64,000 bases of DNA from contig CBDCCK010000002.1 of NCBI GenBank assembly GCA_965214835.1, positions 1,344,001 to 1,408,000 on the forward strand, given 5' to 3'. Source of the DNA: Nitrosopumilaceae archaeon (GTDB taxonomy: Archaea > Thermoproteota > Nitrososphaeria > Nitrososphaerales > Nitrosopumilaceae). Shown one piece after another: positions 57,973 to 64,000 of the stretch (positions within the stretch are counted from its first letter, which is position 1; every line of letters begins with the position of its first letter). The notes beneath the pieces are model-generated. The model had not been told where the DNA came from and ran no database searches. It saw nothing but the letters and a program-made list of their open reading frames with translations. The position numbers were made by a program, and so were the translations under genes.

Positions 57973-58351
57973 TCATCAATTACAGGGTAGTTAAAGATAG
58001 ATCCACGATGGAACTGGAACATCTTGGTATATCGTGCATTAGTATCTACCGCAGACGTTCCAGTTCCGGCTACTCAGTAATCTGGGCGTGAAAATTCCAC
58101 TCAAATTTACTACTCGTACCTAATTCTATGGGCGACCTAAACACATGCTGGAGTACATTTGACAAGGTTATTAAAAAATGGGCGATACTGTACTGTAAAT
58201 GACCCTGGAGACGAGCAAGGCACTGTTTCACGATCAGCTGGAGCAGATACGCAACCAGACCGGGCCCTCGCTACGATCAGTGATTTACATGGGGCCATGA
58301 CAGAGAAGCCTGATTCACGCCTAAGACTTGGACTGCAGATGCTGCAACATT

Positions 58352-59666
58352 TTATGACGTTTTTGTTTTTCTGGCCCACTCATTCAACTCTGTTATTACT
58401 GTGTTACGGTAGTTTGTTGCAGGGTTTTCGTGGGATGTTAGCATGTACTCCCCCCACAGGTTGCCGCTGCCTTTTAACACATCGCGTATTGATGAGCTGC
58501 CTCTTTTGTTTTCTGTGTCATATACATATCCCGCATAGGTTGAGTCAGGCTCCAGCCAAGTTATCTGCATATCCGGAATGAACTGTGGCAGGTTTTTGAC
58601 AATGTTCATGCTTGCATCATGGGCTATGCGTCCCAGCATAGAATCGATCACGATAAAATGATTTTTTTCCGCAATGTCACGCATGGCTACAATGCATGAC
58701 ACGGCAAGGCAGTATGTGAGCCCTGCACCGAGCACCGATGGCGGCCTTCCGGGATCCGAGGGACTCTCTGGATCGCATACTGTCACGGTACAGTCTGATC
58801 CGATCTCTACCTTGGAAAAGGGATTATGTGGTGTCAGTCGCAGAAAATACTCGGTGGTTTTGTCAGCAACTGTATTCCTGAACCTCTCTAGCAGGGCATC
58901 CCTGTGCTGACCGAGTATTTTTTCGATGGTTCTTGCCAACGCACTTATGTTGTGACGTGATTGCGACTCTGTTTTTAGATCCATGTCTTTGAGTAGTTCG
59001 TCACGTGTTTCTCTGATGTGTCTTATGGCATCTCCAACAACTGAAAGGCCGGATATCTTTTCCATTCCGACTCTTATCTTGTTTTTGCCATCTGAATCAA
59101 AGAAGGAGCCCAGCAACTCATCGTCAACGAGAAAATACCATGACATGTACTCTGGGAGCACGTCCAGTATGGCATCACAGGCACAAGGCAATTCTGTGCA
59201 CACATCCCATTTGGCAGATTGTTTTGTCCTACGGACAAACTCCAGAGCAGGTGTAATTTCAATGCCTGCAGGCAGGATGCCTCCCACATCGTCCCGGCGA
59301 ACAAGCCGTGAAGATTCCTGCCTCTTGATAAAATGCACCCTGCGTTTTATTGCATATAGCGGCTCGTCCCCCTCGTAAAGATGGACCTCTACAGACGTCT
59401 CGTCCTCATCGCCAGGATTCAGTGACTGCAGCACGTCGCGGTTGATGATGCACATGTCACGAGGGTTTTTCTCAGATCTGAACTTCCCATAAAGGCACCA
59501 GTAAACGGCATCCAATATTGTGGTCTTGCCCCTTCCGTGGGCGCCCGTGATTACCGTAATCGTTTTTTGCGAATCCACGGATAATTCAACTGCAGCAGTG
59601 TCCTTGTATATTCCATAGTTTTTCAGCATGATTTTTCCTAGGCGCACGCCTGTGTTAGGAACCATG
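58352..59666 (-). CDS. short PbeC/DndD-like ABC ATPase with reduced coiled coil (start approximate)
   Basis: LKNYGIY, GAHGRGKT, AVYWCLYG, FLVDDE, IVIDS; aligns by eye with both head halves of 49172-51271. Confidence 0.72.
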
Positions 59667-59861
59667 TTTGTTGCAGAACTCCTGTATGTCTTCATTACCG
59701 GCATGTCTTGTGAGAATTTTGCCCAGATTGGTTTTGTAGTTTTTGCCGTCTGCCAGATCCATCTGTTCCTCTGCCTTGAGAACCTCCTTTAGTATGTCCT
59801 TTATCCTGTCTGGGGCATCGTAGGCATCTATCTCTTTCAGAATGAGATCATTAACGGGCAC
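59655..59861 (-). CDS. PbeB-like small protein, second copy
   Basis: GTG start; MPVNDLILKEI...LKEVLKAE...IQEFC resembles 48955-49185; overlaps the ATPase start. Confidence 0.6.
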   Translation of the reverse strand: MPVNDLILKEIDAYDAPDRIKDILKEVLKAEEQMDLADGKNYKTNLGKILTRHAGNEDIQEFCNKHGS

Positions 59862-59953
59862 AGCATGACTATGCAAGCATGTCTTAAAAACTATAGTCGG
59901 CGCTTGCATAGCCTCCTCCTTGTACCAGATCCGGATTCGGCTCACCCCGGTTT

Positions 59954-60088
59954 TTAACTACCTGTACCTGAATTCTTCCTGATCCGTCTTACGGTTATAT
60001 CCATGGACTCTGCCATCCTAGCGTTGGTGAGGGTGCCCTTTCTCTTTTACCGTACAATCCATCGTACCTAGCTTTCCTTTAGTTTCAT
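59954..60088 (-). pseudogene. transposase N-terminal remnant (IS481-like)
   Basis: MKLKES*VRWIVR*KRKGTLTNARMAESMDITVRRIRK; two in-frame stops. Confidence 0.5.
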
Positions 60089-60747
60089 GCTGTTTGGGCG
60101 CCCAAGGCCCACGTATTTGCGCGGCCTCTGCCGCTAGACCCACACACCCATGCCTCCGCTGCGGGCAGGCTTGCTCATCTTCTCCTGGCCGACCTTGTAT
60201 ACTCGGAAAAGGGATGAACAACTTTTCGGACGAGATAGATTATAATCATGATCTCACTAAATTGAGAAGCAATCATGAAATCTTTTGATGCCAAAAGCAA
60301 GCTTGGAGCGGGAATCCTTTACATCATAAATTCAGGTATTGTATTTGAGACAAAAATCAAGGCTTGATTTTGCAGATTCCATTGACAATTCTTAGAACGC
60401 ACTAGGCTGGGCTCAAGCATGGGGTGATGGCAGAACAGGTAGGGAGAGTAGCCTAATGCTGTGGAAGGCGCTGAAACTCTTGAAATTGCCAGGGAGCTGA
60501 TTCGAAATTAGCAAATTCTGATTATTTGTGAACGGATTTGCATAATGATGGTGCACGAGTACCTTCTGGGATGCCCCTAATTGATCTGTTTCGGTCAAAA
60601 TTGGCTATCCTGGGTTACTTCTGGGAAGACTGCATGTAAGAGTTTACCCCTCAGGCTGTACTGCTGGCCGGAGCCTTCATGGTCACGCCTGCCACGTTGT
60701 ATCTTGGGGGGGGGTAAACTCTTACCAATAAATCAAACTCGGGGGGA

Positions 60748-60864
60748 CAGTCTTCCCAGAAGTACGTGATTCATGACTGTGCAGATGGCAGTGGGCGAAT
60801 CTGCAGGCATCACAATTTGATTTGTTTCAAATCCGGGGCCGTTTTTGGGCTACTGGGAAGACTG
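60748..60864. mobile_element. 117-bp CAG...CTG MITE with 4-bp TSD
   Basis: CAGTCTTCCCAG/CTGGGAAGACTG; GGGA on both sides. Confidence 0.75.
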
Positions 60865-61082
60865 GGGACGGTCATGCCGGCACACATCCTGAATGCGCGG
60901 GGACTGACAATCTAGCAAGTAATTTCATGGATTACGTACGCCTTGCCTGCATTTGGATCGGGTTGGCGTACATTATGTGCCCATTTGATCAAAATTTGCT
61001 AATTTCGAATCAACTCTCAGGGATCGTCGCGTGTCGGTTAGGTGTTGAGAAACCTCAGACAGAGTCGCCGGAGCCCCAGGGA

Positions 61083-61179
61083 AACATGGACAGGGATCGT
61101 CGCGTGTTGGCTAGACTGAGGCGCAAGGGCTGGTCCGTGCTGCGCTTTTGGGAGCATGACATCATGGGCAATCCTGACA
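61083..61179 (+). pseudogene. Vsr-like endonuclease C-terminal fragment
   Basis: NMDRDRRVLARLRRKGWSVLRFWEHDI. Confidence 0.7.
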
Positions 61180-61289
61180 GTAAGAGCTCACCCCCTCCAG
61201 AAAATACGACGTGGTAGGCACGGTGATCAAGGCTCCGACCAGCAGAGTCGCCTGAGGGGTAAACTCTTACGACTGCATAGGGTCTATAA

Positions 61290-61297
61290 TTTATATG
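61290..61297 (+). promoter_or_regulatory. probable TATA box of the Ubl operon
   Basis: TTTATATG ending 24 nt before TTG 61321. Confidence 0.5.
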
Positions 61298-61320
61298 ACA
61301 GCGCAAGAGTTCTGGTTACG

Positions 61321-61584
61321 TTGTATGATAAATCAGATTTTGCAATTACGTTTGTAATACAAGGTAAAGAGTTTGCGATTATAGTCATGCCGGATGAAAT
61401 TATAAAAAATGCTGTAAAAAAAGCACAGGAAAAATCTGGCAATAAAGACAAGCCGGACGATTTGAAGGTTAGAACGGAAGAAGGCAAAATACTCGATCAG
61501 AACAAGAGTTTTAGCGATCAAGGAATCACAAACCCAACAAAACTATTTCTTGATAAAGGTCCGGGCCGCGGTGGAAGAAGATAG
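61321..61584 (+). CDS. bilA: ubiquitin-like protein (DUF2604/BilA-like), pro-form ending GG-RR
   Basis: ITFVIQG...RTEEGKILDQNKSFSDQGI...KLFL..GPGRGGRR, beta-grasp pattern. Confidence 0.8.
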   Translation: MYDKSDFAITFVIQGKEFAIIVMPDEIIKNAVKKAQEKSGNKDKPDDLKVRTEEGKILDQNKSFSDQGITNPTKLFLDKGPGRGGRR

Positions 61585-62012
61585 CGATTTTAGAACCAAA
61601 GGTATCCAGAATAAAATTCACCAAGGCCGTCCAAGAGCTAGAATCTGTACAAAAGACCTATGAGGAAATTTGGAGAGTGCGATATGCGCAATACCCAACA
61701 ATACTGTTAGATGTTCTTTTTGCACGAGGAATCACGCTTTTACTGAATCTGGAAAATTGGGATTTCCTTCCTCCACAAGCTACCTTGATCAGTACGGATC
61801 TGCAAAGTAAGACAACACGGTCGCCCGGACACCACATCGTCCTCAATAAAAACACAGGCCGATTGTGGTTTTGCAGTCCGGGATTCTCTGAGTATCATAC
61901 GCATTACCCGGAAGACAGGTGGGATCTCATAAGGGGGACTTATCTAGGAAGCATAACGGGCATAGTAAAACAGGCATGCAATATGATTGGCAGGACAAAT
62001 CGTAATGAATGA
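61581..62012 (+). CDS. bilB: E2-like CEHH-domain protein (BilB-like), probable ATA start
   Basis: EPKVSRIKF, NWDFLPP, WFCSPGFSEYHTH..DRW. Confidence 0.75.
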   Translation: MAILEPKVSRIKFTKAVQELESVQKTYEEIWRVRYAQYPTILLDVLFARGITLLLNLENWDFLPPQATLISTDLQSKTTRSPGHHIVLNKNTGRLWFCSPGFSEYHTHYPEDRWDLIRGTYLGSITGIVKQACNMIGRTNRNE

Positions 62013-62484
62013 TGCGAGCCTTGCTAAAGTTTCACGGATAAAAATTCCAAGACAGGTCATAAACGAAACCTTTGATTTTTTGCAAAAACACGGTGACAAA
62101 CATGTGGAATCTCACGCGCTGTTGGTTGGAAAAGAAGCGGCGAGGGTGTTCAGCGTGTCTGCCGTATGGTTTCCAAAACAACGCGGGACATCTTGCTCCT
62201 ATGAAGTGCCGGAGGAGGAAGTGTTTCAAATTAACAAACGGCTAAACCTAGAGAGAAAAACGGCAATCTGTCAGGTACACACACATCCCTGCGGTGCGTT
62301 CCACAGCGGCATAGATGATGATGGATCGGCATTAATGTTGCCGGGATCTGTCAGCATCGTGATACCGAATTTCGGGTTTGTTCCACGCGAAGAACTAAAT
62401 CGGTGGGAGGTGTACAGGCTTGAGGACGGCATATGGCAGCACGTATCAGAGCGGGAGGTGAAACGCTTATTTCGCGTCACGTGA
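62005..62484 (+). CDS. bilC: JAB/JAMM peptidase (BilC-like)
   Basis: N-terminal Glu (VES) and QVHTHP....HSGIDD; SIVIPNF. Confidence 0.88.
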   Translation: MNDASLAKVSRIKIPRQVINETFDFLQKHGDKHVESHALLVGKEAARVFSVSAVWFPKQRGTSCSYEVPEEEVFQINKRLNLERKTAICQVHTHPCGAFHSGIDDDGSALMLPGSVSIVIPNFGFVPREELNRWEVYRLEDGIWQHVSEREVKRLFRVT

Positions 62485-63986
62485 CACCCAATGAAGAAGG
62501 CATAGTTCAAAAGAACATTACGGCAATGTCGATGATATCCAAATATGAGTCTGCCAGCATTAGATCGCTGCTAGACTCGTTTAAAGTCAGGGTGGTACTC
62601 TCAGAAAACGACACGAATGAGAATTATGAATGTGCGTGCAATGTCACATTAAACCTCCTTACAAGGTTTTTAAATTCGGTACATTATGCAGGTCCGAAAA
62701 GCATTCTAAGAATGCCGCCGTCTTGCAGGTCAAAGATTCGCTGTGACGACGCGAATGGTGACGACGCGTCCATGCACCTGATATTTGGAAATCACAAACC
62801 AATGCCTAATTCGTTGTATGTTTCGTCCTCTGGCTGGAGCGTTTACCTGTCTCAGGACAGTCCGTGCGGTTGGAAGCCCTTGGTCATAAACCGCCTGGCA
62901 GCAGCGTATGCTGGAGGACTGGCGGTGGGGGAGGTTTTAAAGAATGTCTTGGATGATGCCCCATCTGAAAAAATAGATCGGTTCGAATATGACTTGGTTA
63001 CACACGGCAGGTCGGTGCAGCCCGTTACGAAACCTCCGGTTCCAAAAATCCTGGATCTTGGTGATTTGACGATTGTGGGTTGTGGGGCAATAGGACAGGC
63101 ACTGTGTTTTGGTTTGGAATCCATTACGTCTCTTGCAGGAAGGATGACCCTGATCGATCATGATATGTTGGAGACCTCAAATGAGCAGAGATACGTCCTG
63201 GCGTTCCCAGAGAACCGGAGGGAAAACAAGGCATTGCATATGTGCAAATTCTTGGCCCGCAACAACCCCCTCCTGAACTTGGTTGGGGTTCCAATGAGCT
63301 ATGAGGATCACGCAAATGCCGTCAATATGCCCGTAGGAAGCAGAGCCACGGTGGCTGTGGACAACATTCTTACCAGATTGAACGTGCAGGCGGGATTGCC
63401 AAGAGTACTCTGGAACGCATGGACAGACGTGTCTGACGCAGGGTTGAGATACGGGATTGGCAGGCATGCTCTAGATGACAGGTACGAATGCATCTGGTGT
63501 GCCTATTTTCCCACAGGTAAGCAACCTACGGAAATGGAAATGAATTCAATGCTGACGGGGTTTTCACATAAGGAGATACAACGGAAGCTTGATCAGGGTG
63601 AAAAGTGCACTAGCAAGGATTTGAAACGAATTCACAAACATACTAGCATCCCAATGAACATATTGATCAAAAACAAGAACCGCCCGTTTGCGGACGTGCT
63701 ACACGGGGAGTGCGGCGTATATGCGCTAGGGAATCGAGGAAATGACGCCACAGCCCCTGTGCCACATGTGCCGTTTCTTGCTGGGGTGTTCCTCGCATCC
63801 CAAATCGTACTGGAATCACTACAGCCGTCACCGTCGCAGGCAAGTCCCACCCATCATTATTCCAGCGTGGATTTCGACGGCATGGGGTTTCCAAGACCCG
63901 ATTGCGCGGTAAAAAAACTGAGAAATCCAAAATGCCTATGCAATGATCAAGACTACAAAGACGCCTATGCCGAAAGATGGAACTGA
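62481..63986 (+). CDS. bilD: E1-like ThiF protein with N-terminal extra domain (BilD-like)
   Basis: GCGAIG, DHD, SNEQR, VDN, CIWC, GECG, C-terminal CLC; GTGA overlap with the JAB gene. Confidence 0.87.
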   Translation: MTPNEEGIVQKNITAMSMISKYESASIRSLLDSFKVRVVLSENDTNENYECACNVTLNLLTRFLNSVHYAGPKSILRMPPSCRSKIRCDDANGDDASMHLIFGNHKPMPNSLYVSSSGWSVYLSQDSPCGWKPLVINRLAAAYAGGLAVGEVLKNVLDDAPSEKIDRFEYDLVTHGRSVQPVTKPPVPKILDLGDLTIVGCGAIGQALCFGLESITSLAGRMTLIDHDMLETSNEQRYVLAFPENRRENKALHMCKFLARNNPLLNLVGVPMSYEDHANAVNMPVGSRATVAVDNILTRLNVQAGLPRVLWNAWTDVSDAGLRYGIGRHALDDRYECIWCAYFPTGKQPTEMEMNSMLTGFSHKEIQRKLDQGEKCTSKDLKRIHKHTSIPMNILIKNKNRPFADVLHGECGVYALGNRGNDATAPVPHVPFLAGVFLASQIVLESLQPSPSQASPTHHYSSVDFDGMGFPRPDCAVKKLRNPKCLCNDQDYKDAYAERWN

Positions 63987-64000
63987 TATGTTCTTGTACC

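Larger units (their letters stand above)
60636..61270. mobile_element. composite element bounded by two inverted MITEs (60636-60725, 61180-61270)
   Basis: Perfect 21-bp outer inverted repeat; GACTGCAT at 60628-35 and 61271-78. Confidence 0.85.
29119..64000. mobile_element. tRNA-Ile-anchored genomic (defence) island; right boundary not seen
   Basis: Integrase beside tRNA, dense defence genes, IS/MITE load, more AT-rich blocks; no second att copy noticed. Confidence 0.75.

Noticed and set aside
61156-61320. 55-aa N-terminal extension of the Ubl
   Set aside because: It runs through a MITE and the TATA-like box; TTG 61321 is the more plausible start.
39708-63986. Ubl/E1 operon as sulfur relay for the Dnd system
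   Set aside because: DndA/DndC need no Ubl carrier, the loci are 20 kb apart, and E2 plus JAB indicate protein conjugation.

Overview
This is an archaeal chromosome segment. The gene set and order (acetyl/propionyl-CoA carboxylase cluster, 11-subunit complex I operon nuoABCDHIJKMLN without nuoEFG, RFC large subunit) point to an ammonia-oxidising Nitrososphaerota (Nitrosopumilaceae-like); a host-associated lifestyle is only inferred. Positions ~1.6-29.1 kb are core genome, with a Liv-type ABC transporter cassette wedged between nuoB and nuoC and four tRNAs. From tRNA-Ile(GAT) (29052-29126) to the window end lies an integrase-headed defence island. In order it holds: 32-33 bp tandem arrays with a duplicated hairpin element, a Schlafen/AlbA_2 protein, an intact dndBCDEA phosphorothioation operon, an IS5-split AIPR gene, a reader-HNH nuclease, an IS3-split pbeA followed by pbeBCD-like genes and a coupled C2H2/SWIM protein, a Lamassu (ABC-3C) system, a second miniature pbeB/pbeC-like pair, and a complete Ubl-E2(CEHH)-JAB-E1 (BilABCD-like) ubiquitin-like conjugation operon. 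Intergenic DNA carries several families of 78-117 bp MITEs, including a nested MITE and a two-MITE composite element. All family assignments come from motif recognition by eye; no database search was run.
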